Source of the DNA: Cycas panzhihuaensis
Lineage: Eukaryota > Plantae > Cycadophyta
Assembly (NCBI GenBank): GCA_023213395.1
Contig: CM041465.1
Span: 66,967,741-67,031,740 of the forward strand
Direction of reading: 5' to 3'
Length of the DNA stretch: 64,000 nt
Position numbers and translations under genes: made by a program. Below the pieces are notes generated by a model. It was not told the origin of the DNA, searched no databases, and saw only the letters and a list, made by a program, of their open reading frames with translations. How positions within the stretch are numbered: position 1 is the first letter of the stretch; the number at the start of each line of letters is the position of its first letter. Below, piece by piece: positions 23,801 to 36,800 of this stretch.

Positions 23801-26800
23801 ATGAAAAACTTGAAGCATGAAGCCTTTCCTAAAAATTATGTCATAGAAGTGAGTTAAAGCCTTTTTGAAAATCTATGAACCAATAGTATATTTACAAATG
23901 CAGCTTTTTATTTCTCTTATTTTATTTAGATAGAAAAAATGTCTACATTCATTATCATTTGAATAACAGAGAGTACATATCAAAAACTATGATATAACTA
24001 ACCCAACAAAATAAGAAATAAGGCTACTATTTCCTCTCTACATATAAAGGAATGCCAAATAAAAAGACTAATAATAGACCTATAAACCACCAAAATTAAT
24101 AAGTAAACTAAAAGAAGTAGCATTCCTATAGTCCTCTTTCCTACATATCCACTCTTATATTAGCTAGGTAATATGTTTGTCTATTGAATGTTCTAAGCAC
24201 ATGCATGAGTCATACATCATGGAAATAAAAGAGTGGCAAAGTAGACTAATTGAAAAGTATCCTAATAATAACTTATTATGGCATTCATTGGCCATTAATG
24301 AAATTAATCACTAGAAGGGAATCTATCACCACCTATATATAAGAAATACCATGATCTTTGGTAAGCGTGTCCTCCAATTAATTCATATGAAATTATGTAT
24401 TATTAGTAATAACATGGCCTAAATTCTATGAGAACTCTTCTATCACTAACCCCTACTCATTGATAATAACTCCTTCTCCTTCTTTTCCTAAATTCCCTTA
24501 GAGGACCCATTAAAGTAGAATAAAAAATAACCCTCTAGAATCAAAGGAGGAGAAAGGTTTGACTTTTTTCTTTTAAACTTGAATGGTAGTGAGATTTGAT
24601 TAGAATAAAAAGGAGCTACATAAAATCTATCCCATGATATGTAAGCTTGATAATGTTTAAGATCAATAGATCTAAAGTTTTGGTTGCTAATGTAAAGAGT
24701 ACCACATATTTTTTTCCAACATTTAGAAGGAGAAATGGACCTATATTAGAATAAAATTCTATTCCTAATAAGCCAAATCTATGAGGGAACAAATCTTGAT
24801 AATAAATAGAAAAGATATTTCAATGCTAGTTTTCCCTTTAAAGAATGTGGATATTTATTTACCCATCCTTCTATAAGCCATGTAAACATTGTAATTATAA
24901 AAGCATTAAAATTATATCCCTAACACATAAATGGCTTCTTCCATACCTATTGGGTATACTGGCAAGCTATGAAGAAATGTTATATATGCTCCATATCATA
25001 TTTGCAAAGTGAACACCAAATGGTCCTATGATTCCCCTCTTAATTGGATTTTCCACAATAAGAACAATTTCATATTCCAACAACTAGAAGAATTTATTTA
25101 CTTTAGTAATGGAACGGTATTACCCCAAAGTTTTCCATTTTTATTTAAAGGAAATTACATCATTTTTTTTCTTGTATAGATAACCTAAGATAGCATGCAT
25201 GCACATTATGCTCTCCTATACTAGAAATGCTTCCTTAAATAATAATGTCCTCGTAATCCATAAGGATTATTTTTCTAGATCAAGTATACTATGTAAATAA
25301 GAATAATCCTAGTAAAGATAAGAATCTAATTACAACCATTGCATAGTAGGTTTTAACTTCCATATTAACAAATATGCATTCTTCTTAATATCTCTAGAGA
25401 AGAAGAAATCAGAAACCTATAAAATACCTTAGCTTTATAACCATTACCAAATGTTTGATAATTGATTACCATTTTGTAGTGATGATCTTACATGAATAAC
25501 ATCCATCTAAATATTATCTCTATGTCTATTACTAAGCCTTCATGAGTAGACTTCTTTAAAGTATTAGGTGTAATACCCAATTACATTAACCTTATGGTAA
25601 CTCTCTCCATTTCATGTATTTATATTAAAGTTGTGGGCCTCCCTGATATGTGTGCCACCTCTAAGTAAACCAATGGGGTTCTTTCACTAGTGGTGAGCAT
25701 GTATTATAAGTATATACTCTTCATTATTCCTAATTGAGTTTTGGTTAATTCTCCACACATTGTATTTATTGTTGTACATACTTCATTCTTTTGTACTTTA
25801 TTGCGTTATTTATTTACTCACCATTAGGGTTTTATATGATTATTGTATTTCTAATTCTAACATGGTATTATAGCCCAAGGTTAATCATTGAGGACACCAT
25901 TACAAACCTTAGTACATGTTGTCCTTGATTTAGAGCTTCTAAGCCTTATAAATTTTTTGATTTGTCTACTTGGTGATTGTGTCAAGTTGAAGATCATTTC
26001 AAGTTACATCTTATGCATATTTTGTTATGGGATTGTTATCAAGTTTTGAAGGGCTATTTTTGATATTGATGAGAGTCTATTTTGAAACTCATTTTGAAAA
26101 TTTTGAAGCTTGTTGAAGCTATTCAAATGGACATCTTCCACGCATACGGTGCCACAATAATATTGCATGTAGGTGAAAGTCCACAAAAGCTCATGTACAT
26201 ATTCTAATTATTGGAAGACCATCTCTGTTGCACATCAGTGGACAAGAATGCAACCAAATCATTGACAATAGTTGAGAGAGAGTCCTTCTTATCCAAGAGT
26301 GACTCTATTTCAAAATTTTTTTTGTAGATCTACAAGTAGATAAAGATACTATATTATTTCTAGTGATAAATACTCTCTTTGTGACTTACTGTATTTGAAA
26401 AAAAAAAAAAAAAAAACTATATTTAAGGCCTTCAAATCTGGCCTATGTTATTATGTATTTTTTTTTAAAAGAGAGGGCTACCAAGTTATTAATAAGTATG
26501 TCGAATCCATGGAGGGGTCTATGTTTTTGCACTTATGTTTCTATGTATGTAGTTGAGCAGACTTGTAAAAGGATCCTTACCATAACCAAAAGTATAAAAG
26601 GGCTTCAATGAGATGGGAAAAGAATACAAAAAAGCCATGTGGTTTTCTTACTAATTTTATGCACTGTACCTCTCTCATAGATGTTATAGATGTCATTCTA
26701 TAATGTCATTTTAGCAGCATAACCCTATCTATACATAAATCAAAATAACCTCCACATATTAAATTGACCTCTCCCCCACAAAAATACAATAAAAAAAGGA

Positions 26801-29800
26801 GGAGAATAACACCTTAGTAAGGGTCTCCTAAAGGTGTTAAATATTATAACTTTAATTTTACCAAGGGCTAGCACAAGTTTCTTATCATCATGAAATTAGG
26901 TTAAAGATAAATTAACTCTAGATTACTTTGGAGTGTTAGAGGGGAGTAATATGGTTAGAAAATAGTAAGGTGATAAAAGTTTTATGCTTTAGATGGAACC
27001 ATCTGCCCACAAAGTAACATGTCCACTTTGCTGCTCTTATTAATCAATGTAAGACCTAATACTATAGGAGAGAGACATAATTCTTATTTAACCCCATTAG
27101 TGATATGAACCATTGTGGAAAAGCGTATGGCATATGAATCCATCAAAATGTTGTATCATATAAGATCATCATAGTCAAGATGATGCTTTGTGAAAAACTT
27201 GAAGCATGAAGCCTTTCCAAAAAATGATGTCATAGAAGTGAGTTAAAGCCTTTTTTAAAATCTATAAAATAATAGTATATTTTCAAATTGGGGCTTTTTA
27301 TTTCTCTTATTTTATTTAAATAGAAAAAATATCTATATTCATTATCATTTGAATAATAGAGAGTACATATCAAAAACTATGTTACAACTAACCTAACAAA
27401 ATAAGAAATAAGGCTACCATTTCCTATCTCTATATAAAGGAATGCCAAATGAAAAGACTAATAATAGACCTATAAAACACCAAAATTAATAAGTCAACTA
27501 AAATAAGTAGGATTCTTGTAGTCCTCCTAGCTACATATCAACTCTTGCATTAGCTAAGTAATCTTCTTGTGTATTAAATGCTCTGAGCATATGCATAAGT
27601 TGTACATCATAGAAATAAAAAAGTGGCAAAGTAGACTAATTGAGAAGTACCTTAACAATAACTTATTATGGCATTCATTGGCCATTAATCAAATTAGTCA
27701 CTAGAAGGGAACCTCTCACCACCTAAATATCAGAAATACCATGAAATTTGGTAAGTACTTCCTCTAATTGATTCATGAAACTTTGTATTATTAGTAGTAA
27801 TATAACCTAAATCCTATGAGAACTCTTCTATAACTAACCCCTACTCATTGATAATAATTCCTTCTCCTACTTTTCCTACATTTCCCTTAGAGGCCCCATT
27901 AAAGTAGAATCAGAAATAACCCTCTTGAATCAAAGGAGGAGAAGGTTTTGTGTTTTCTCTTTTTAACTTGAAGGTTACTGAGATTTGATTAGTATAAAAA
28001 GGAACTACATAAAACCTCTGTTATCATATGTAAGCTTGGTAATGTTTATGATTGATAGATCTAACGTTTTGGTTGCTAATCTAAAGAGTACCACACATTT
28101 GTTCCAACATTTGGAAGGATAACTGGACCTATATTAGAATAAACTTCCATTCCTAATAAGCTAAATCCATGAGGGAACAAATCTTGATAACAAATTCTAA
28201 AGATATTTCAATGCTAGCTTTCCCTTTAAATAATGTGGATATTTATTTACCCACCCTTCGACAAGCCATGTAAATGTTGTAATTATAAAATCATTAAAAG
28301 TTCTATCCCTTACACATAAATGGCTTTCTTCCATACCTATTGGCTATACTGACAAGCTATAAAGAGATGCTATATATACTCCATATCACATTTATGAAGT
28401 GAACACCAATGGTCCCATGATTTCCGTCTTAATTAGATTTTCCATAATAAGAACAACTTTATATTACAACTACTAGAAGGAGGTATTTACTTTAACAATG
28501 GTACGGTATTACCTCAAAGTTTTCCATTTTTATTTATAGGTAATTACATCACTTTTTTCTTGCTTAATTAACCTAAGATAACAAGCAACCACATTATACT
28601 CCTCTATACGAGAAATGTTTCCCTAAATAATAATTTCATCCTAATCCATAAGGATTATTTTCCTAGATCAAGTATATTAAGTAAATAAGAATAATCGTAG
28701 TGAAGGTAAGAATCTTATTACTACCATTGTATAGTAGGTTTTAACTTCCATATTATCAAATCTGGATTCTCCCTAATATCTTTAGAAGAGAAGAAATCAA
28801 AATCCTATAATATACCTTAGCTTTACAACCATTACCAAATGTTGGATAATTGATTACCATTTTGTAGTGATGACATTCCATGAATAACATCCATCTAAAG
28901 ATTATCTCTATGTCCATTACTAAGCTTCCATGAGTAGGCTTCTCTTAAGGAGGCCATTATATCACACATATATAGATAAGTAGTTGACCCATTTTTGACC
29001 TTGAATTTCTTTAAGAGAATTCAATAAACATGATCTCTATCTAAATACTTGGTAGTGGAGTAATGCTACCATATATAATCTTGATCTAGAATGAAATGCC
29101 ATAATAACTTAGCTCCATATGCTTTAGAAAACAAAGAAAGTCTCCAAACTCTTAATACCTCCTCAAAATTAGGCCTACATATTTTCTTCTAAGAAAGTAA
29201 ATGAAATTTCTTCCTTTCCATAATTTTGGAAGCATAACCCTATGTGTACATAAATCAAAATAACCTCTACATATTAAATTGACTTCTCCCACACCAAAAT
29301 AAAATAAAAAGAGAAGGAGAATAACACCTTAGCAAGGGCCTCCTGAAGGTGTTGAAATTTATAACTTTCGTTTTAGCAAGGGCTAGCACAAGTTTCTTAT
29401 CATCATAAAATTAGGTTAAAGATAAATAAACACTAGATTCCTTTGGAGTGTTAAATAGGAATAGCATGGTTAGAAAATAATAGTAAGGTGATAAAAGTTT
29501 TATACTTTAAATGGAACCATCCTCCTGTAAGGTAACCTATCTAGTTCATTGCTCTTATTAATCAATGTAAAACCTAATATTATAGGAGAGAGATAGAATT
29601 CTTATTCGACCCCATTGGTGATATGAACCTCTATTGAAAAGCACGTGCCATACGAGTTTATCTGAATGTTGTATCATATGAGATCATCATAGTCAAGATG
29701 ATGCTTTATGAAAAACTTGAAGCATGAAGCCTTTCCTAAAAATTATGTCATAGAAGTGAGTTAAAGCCTTTTTGAAAATCTATGCATCAATTGTATATTT

Positions 29801-31363
29801 TCAAATGGGAGCTTTTTATTTCTCTTACTTTATTTTTAGATAGGAAAAATGTCTGCATTCATTATCATTTGAATAACAGAGAGTTCATGTCAAAAACTAT
29901 GATATAACTAACCCAACAAAACAACAAATAAGGCTACTATTTCCTCTCTACATATAAAGGAATGCCAAATAAAAAGACTAATAATAGACCTATAAACCAC
30001 CAAAATTAACAAGTAAACTAAAAGAAGTAGCATTCCTATAGTCCTCTCTCCTACATATCCACTCTTATATTAGCTAGGTAATATGTTTGTCTATTGAATG
30101 TTCTAAGCACATGCATGAGTCATACAACATGGAAATAAAAGAGTGGCAAAGTAGACTAATTGAAAAGTATCCTAATAATAACTTATTATGGCATTCATTA
30201 CCCATCAATGAAATTAGTCACTAGAAGGGAATCTATCACCACCTATATATAAGAAATACCATGATCTTTGGTAAGCATGTCCTGCAATTGATTCATATGA
30301 AATTATGTGTTATTAGTAATAACATAACCTAAATTCTATGAGAACTCTGCTATCACTAACCCCTACTCATTGATAATAACTCCTTCTCCTTCTTTTCCTA
30401 AATTCCCTTAGAGGACCCATTAAAGTAGAATAAAAAATAACCCTCTAGAATCAAAGGAGGAGAAAGGTTTGACTTTTTTCTTTTAAACTTGAATGGTAGC
30501 GAGATTTGATTGGAATAAAAGGGAGCTACATAAAATCTCTCCTATGATATGTAAGCTTGCTAATGTTTAAGATCAATAGATCTAAAGTTTTGGTTGCTAA
30601 TGTAAAGAGTACCACATATTTTTTTCCAACATTTAGAAGGAGAAATGGACCTATATTAGAATAAAATTCTATTCCTAATAAGCCAAATCTATGAGGGAAC
30701 AAATCTTGATAATAAATAGAAAAGATATTTCAATGCTAGCTTTCCCTTTAAAGAATGTGGATATTTATTTACCCATCCTTCTATAAACCATGTAAACATT
30801 GTAATTATAAAAGCATTAAAAATTATATCCCTAACACATAAATGGCTTCTTCCATACCTATTGGGTATACTGGCAAGCTATGAAGAGATTTCATATATGC
30901 TCCATATCATATTTGCAAAGTGAACACCAAATGGTCCCATGATTCCCCTCTTAATTAGATTTTCCACAAGAAGAACAATTTCACATTACAACAACTAGAA
31001 GAATGTATTTACTTTAGCAATGGAATAGTATTACCCCAAAGTTTTCCATTTTTATTTAAAGGCAATTACATCATTTTTTTTCTTGCATAGATAACCTAAG
31101 ATAGCATGCATGCACATTATGCTCTCCTATACTAGAAATACTTCCTTAAATAACAATGTCCTCCTAATCCATAAGGATTATTTTCCTAGATCAAGTATAC
31201 TATGTAAATAAGAATAATCCTAGTAAAGATAAGAATCTAATTACTACCATTGCATAGTAGGTTTTAACTTCTATATTAACAAATATGCATTCTTCTTAAT
31301 ATCTCTAGAGAAGAAGAAATTAGAAACCTATAAAATACCTTAGCTCTGTAACCATTACCAAAT
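20813..31363 (-). repeat. Four-copy array of a ~2.5 kb unit derived from the 3' part of an L1-clade LINE ORF2 (units start ~20813, 23326, 26718, 29233)
   Basis: Each unit begins with a CATAACC...CATAAATCAAAATAACCTC junction and aligns along its length. The minus strand near 23190-23300 reads FHLLS*KKICRPNFEEVLRVWRLSLFSKAYGAKLLWHF, the typical post-RT plant L1 motif. Confidence 0.85.
25562..26710 (+). mobile_element. Truncated LTR element (5' LTR 25562-25862, PBS 25863-25874, ~0.8 kb internal sequence) inside the array
   Basis: Interrupts repeat copy 2 abruptly. LTR-like TATTAG...CTAACA followed by TGGTATTATAGC. No 3' LTR or TSD found. Confidence 0.65.
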
Positions 31364-32820
31364 TTCATGACTACTATGAAAGAAATCATATGGTAAATCA
31401 TTCACCAAAACTGAGTTTGAGCTAGTGTTAATGCACACACTTACCCATTAAGCTTAATATCTAGAAAACCCTACTTTATCCAAAACTTAAAGAAGGAAAT
31501 TATTGATAATTACCTTTACGCCATTGAAACTCCTTACACTCAATAAAGACCATGGTATACTATGTTCAAGGCTAATGCAAGGGCAATGACAATAGTGGGG
31601 GTTATAAAGACATTACTTTTATAAGGGTGTTTTTCTTTCATAAAATAGTGAAAAGGTATATATCTTTTGTCATTAAGATTTTTTTAAAATTTGCATGTAT
31701 TAAACAATTGATAAAATGAATGGTGATATGCCCAAGATATTAATGTTGTAAGATGATAGAAGTAAGTGAACCATGTTAGAGTATAATGTTTAATGTTATA
31801 TATATCTAAGTAAAGTGAGTCTTAGGGTCAATAGTCATAGTCCTAAGTACTAGGGTCTAAGAGTCATTTATTATTATAATATTATGTAGGAAGATAAAAG
31901 CTTATTGGTTAAGTTAGTTGGTGTAATGTCATTGGCTAGATTAGAGGTAATTGTCTCATATACATTATGACTCTTGTATATTCTCCCCCCTATTTTGTAC
32001 ATAAAGGTGGTTGAGGTAGTATATGTAATCATGCCATCATCAAGGCTCATGTTGACTCTATGGTGCTTTGGTATGCTAATGTATTCTAATTATGTTGAGT
32101 TAATATACTTTGATATTTGCCTATTGATTGATTGATGTTGTTGATCCATTCTTTCCATATTATAATCTAATATGGTATTAGAGCAGATTGCTTGTTAAGT
32201 CTATTGTTGTGCAGGTTTGCCATCTCTATGATAAGGGAGGAAGGTGACTTCATTAGGTTGGCTACTAGATTTGAATTGAGGAATAAAGGTTCTAAGTCAT
32301 CTTGCTCTGAGAAGAAGATTGAGGGAAGAGAAGCTTTGCAGTAAAAGATAGGGCATTCCCCAAGAAAGAGGCTTTGTAGAGCTCATTACTAGTTGTGACT
32401 TTGCTTGAAAAGGATGAAACCCTAAAGTGCCAAGTATTGAAGCGGATGGAATTTTGCATGTAATATTGTTCTCTTGCTTTGTGAAGAAAACTTTGTCTTC
32501 TAGACTTATGACTTGTATGCATTTGTTCGCTATTATATGATTGTATGATGATAGTAAAGAGATGAATTCTATTATGGAAATGGTTAAGAAAATTATGTTG
32601 ATAAAATCTACATGTAAAAATTAGTCACTCCCTACACTACATCTTATTAGTAGTAGCAAGTCAATCTTCTTTCTTAAGGAGTAACCAGTCAGTCTTTCAT
32701 TCCTTTCATACTGCTTAAAACCTAAGCAATGACTAAATGGGTAGAAGGCTAAGTATTATTTCAAATCTCTAAGAAGATTTTTTAAATAGAACAATATCTT
32801 GTAAACCCCTAAAACATGTA

Positions 32821-32994
32821 CTCTCAGTACATCTTTTCTGGCACCTGCAAGATTTCCTACCATCCAACCTTATAATCCACGGTCTAAGGTGCCCATAAAG
32901 TGGGTTTCAGAGCCAACATGCTGTGGTCATTCGGCAATGGTAGCCCTACCAAGAGAAGCTTACCTTTACTTTCAATGATACTTGAACATTTCAC
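32821..32994 (-). pseudogene. Possible captured fragment of an F-box/kelch-type protein
   Basis: VKCSSIIESKGKLLLVG...LWAP*TVDYKVGW*EILQVPEKMY*E resembles the LVE..GKLLLVG...W.EI..MP pattern of plant F-box/kelch C-termini. Weak, pattern-level match only. Confidence 0.4.
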
Positions 32995-33660
32995 CTCAGA
33001 GATATAGTTTGTCATTGTAAACTTTGGATTGATTTGAAAATGAAATCCAATGATCTATATAGACATCAGGCAAAGACCATACATTTATAAAAGAATGAAA
33101 TATTCTCATGATTGTTGCTTTCCCTAGTTATTTCGTGTATTCTCTACTAATTATAATGACCTGTCAATGATAATGTTCATAAGCAGATAGAATCCTAACT
33201 TGACCTAGAGTTGATTCCTTATTAGATTTTGTGTGATCACTGTATAGAGTTCCTAAAGTGTTGCATTCAACAAACTATCTAGAGTCATCTATGCCAAACT
33301 CAGAATCTGATCCATTAAATAGACTTCTTAAAATTTTAATGTGTTCGACATTGACTTCATGAGGGGGTACAGGAGGCTGCCTCTGATCTACATGACACTC
33401 TTACACAGGCTTTATGTCCCTATTCTGCTTTCCAATATCATGAAACTATATCATCATCAAATTCATTGCAAGAAAATTTCAATTCCAACAACTTCTATCT
33501 CATGATACTCATGAAAATTAAGATCCTTCAGAAGTACATATGATATAATAGTGCTTATGAAGATAGAGACACACTTTGAATGTTGATGTTTTCCATACTT
33601 TGGATCTTATTAGTGCTTACTATGCATTTGTTAATTATTATCAAGATCTGAAGGCTTTCA

Positions 33661-33855
33661 ACTGGTAGCTTTAATCGCATCCATAGACTTAGAAATAGAA
33701 CTCTTCGTGGTCATCTTGTGTGTCGAGGAAAGCTTTCTAGATTTGGCAGACCTGGTAATCTTAAATTTAGATACAATTTGAGCTGTAGTCTTGGCAGATT
33801 TATTTTGGCAAGAGGCTTTCTTAGACTCACTAGACAGATTAAAGGAAGCCTTCAC
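33661..33855 (-). pseudogene. H1: Captured fragment of linker histone H1 (end of the globular domain plus K/A/S/T-rich tail)
   Basis: VKASFNLSSESKKAS...KSAKTTAQ...KITRSAKSRK begins with the plant H1 VKASFKL motif and continues into a basic tail. Confidence 0.7.
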
Positions 33856-36800
33856 ATGTGTTCTCTGCCCAACGAACCTCAGTTTGTGAATAAATTAAGC
33901 ATCGACCCCATACTAGATCCATGAGGAGCACTAACATTTTGGAACTTGAGTGTTTGTGCTTGGCATGAGTAGAGTCAAATGGCATGTGGAAGCAGAATAT
34001 TGAAATGCATAACTGACGATGAACAATACTTGTTATGAAAATTGCTGGGTTGCAAAAGGATCAATCCATGAATGGGAGTCCTCTGCCACTAGGGTTTCAT
34101 ACTATTGCTCCACTTTCTCTCTAAAATCTATTTAATAAGGTTAAATAAATCAATCAAGTTTGCAATGGGATCTTCATCATTTTTCTAAGGCTCAATTGGG
34201 ATAAAGATATTTGATATATTTAGTCCTTTATAACCTTTTATTTATTGCCCTCGGTATTGGACTATTAAGTGAATCTTTTTATGAGTTTTTTCAAGGTGAT
34301 TCTATTATTGGTGATGAAGTAATAACTCATAAGGTGATTATTTTTCTATATAAGAGAAATTAATGGGTAAGTAAAGGAAGATTTTGACTATAACTATTTG
34401 ATTAATAGTGAGGGAAGAAGGATAAGTTATTTTGTAGAAATAATTGAGTTGTAGGAAAGAAAGCAAATCGTGGCTTGTGGCTTTGACTTGGCTATGTTGA
34501 ATGGATACATAAATCTTGAGTAATGCTCTCAATCCCAAAATATAGAGTTAAGTGAAGTTATTACCTTTGTAGTAGGAAAAAGGGAGTTTTGGATAACAGA
34601 GACTAACATAGTTTTGCCCAAATATGTTGGAGTTAATTTTTGAATTTAGAAAATTAAAATACAATGTGTTTTTAGATAAAAGGATTATGGAAAATTATGC
34701 TTAGAAGAGTTTCAATTAATGAAGAAGGGGAGGTAATGTTCAAGAAGAAAAATAGTGTAGTCATTGATACAATGGTTACAACTTTCGGCAATGAGAACCT
34801 CCATCCTTCATACCACTTTCTTATCCAAACTCTTAAAAATATTGACTCAGTTGAAGACACCTAAAATCTACTAGCAGAAGTACATCAAAAGGGTCATGAA
34901 GAAGAGTATTAGAAGGACAAGGAATCAAAGGAAGAAGTTGAAAAGGAAAGCTAAAAGTCAGCCTAATTCTAGCAAGGTCAATCCACACATAGATATTCCT
35001 AAAGAAAATGGAAAGGAGTCTGATGATCATTACTCAAAATTTGAGGGTGATTTAAATTCACAAAATATCCTGAGCCTCACCATGATAATAGGAAAGCCTA
35101 CATTTGGGACTGTTGAAAGAGTGGAAGTTGAATAACTTGAACCCCAACATTTGTAGGTAATACTTTACGAAGACACATGCACCCTGACAGAAGGTATGAG
35201 CAAGATTATCCTAGTTTGTGTTAATAGGTTTATAGGCAGGATTCAAATGATGTCAGGACATAAATGATATGTATGTATTAGAGACTATCTATGATTACAC
35301 TCAATCCAGTCACATCTTCTATCTTCATCTTTGAATGAATCCAAATAGTGGCAGCACATCCTATGGCAACTCTAAACTAATCTTTTAAAAAAGGAAGGAA
35401 CATAAGCAGAATATTATATGATCAAAGTCTTATCTATTAAGATCATAGTATGCTCTAGATAGGATATTTAATCATTAGTTTCAATCACATCAAAGTAATG
35501 TTCCATCTTTGCATAACTGCAATCGAAAAATATTTACATGTAGTCATTATGAGAATCTTCATCATACTTAGTACAATTTTTTTTGGGTAATATGGAGAGT
35601 ACAAGGCATCTTGTCAGTTTTTCATATGTATCTAAACAACTGAAGGAATCATTGTTGCTTCTTTCCCTTTAAGAAAGTAATCAATAACTTGAGAAGTCAA
35701 TCATCTTAGTAGATTTGGAGACAACTAAGGAGAAATCTACTCACTTCATGAAATTGAAATCATTCATAATCATATTTGATCTAGAAGGACCACACCTTCA
35801 CCAAGAATATATAGGAATAATCATTAAACAAGAAATAGGGAGGAGCATAGTAGACATAATATATAGGTTTTATAGCTTTTTGATTGAAGATAAAGCTTAC
35901 CACATCATCTTCAGAGAAATTCCAAGACTTGGGAAATGAAAGTTCAAACTCAAGTTAAGTCTTATGTCAATTTATGTCAGTCATATCAAGTTGTCCTTAG
36001 TTATTATAGTCCAAACATTAAACATTAAGGGGAGGTGTTAGAGTATAATGTTTAATGTTATATGTGTCTAAGTAAAGTGTGTCTTAGGGTCAATAGTCAT
36101 AGTCCTAAGTACTAGGGTCTAAGAGTCATTTATTATTATAATATTATGTGGGAAGATAGAAGGTTATTGGTCAAGGTAGTTAGTGTCATATCATTGGCTA
36201 GATTAGAACTAATTGTCCCATATGCATTATGACTCTTATATGTTCTCCTACCTATTTTGTATATAAAGGTGGTTGAGGTAGTATATATAATCATGTCATC
36301 ATCAAGGCTTATGTTGAGTCTATGGTGCTTTGGTATGCTAATGTATTCTAATTATGTTGAGTTAATATATTTAGATCTTTTCTCATTGATCGATTGATGT
36401 TAGTGATGAATGCTTTGCATGTTATAATCTAACAGACCATCCTTATCAAATCAATCACTCATTAACTCATAATTGTTTAGACTCAAGAACCTTAAAATGA
36501 GGAATATAAAACCAAATGACCAATTGAATGGACCAATACTATTCATCATCCCCTCAACCGTCTATTTTATAAAATGGGAAGAATGAAATAGTGATAAAGA
36601 GTGCAAGTTTTATATTGATTTCACCATGATATCTAAGCATACTACCCATGTTAAGAAATTTAGACTATGACTGAACAATCAAGATACAACCACTACCTAA
36701 GTTTACTAGAAGCACCACTAAGCTACCTTTGACCTTCTTAACTCATCAATTAATCCAACTAAATCACTAAATCAATTGAATGATCATGGTATCATAATGG

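Larger units (their letters stand above)
31774..36434 (+). mobile_element. Non-autonomous LTR element D (399-bp LTRs 31774-32172 and 36036-36434; TSD AACCA/GACCA)
   Basis: Paired LTRs, PBS TGGTATTAGAGC at 32173-32184, PPT AAGGGGAGG at 36027-36035. No recognisable RT or integrase in the 3.85 kb interior. Confidence 0.92.
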
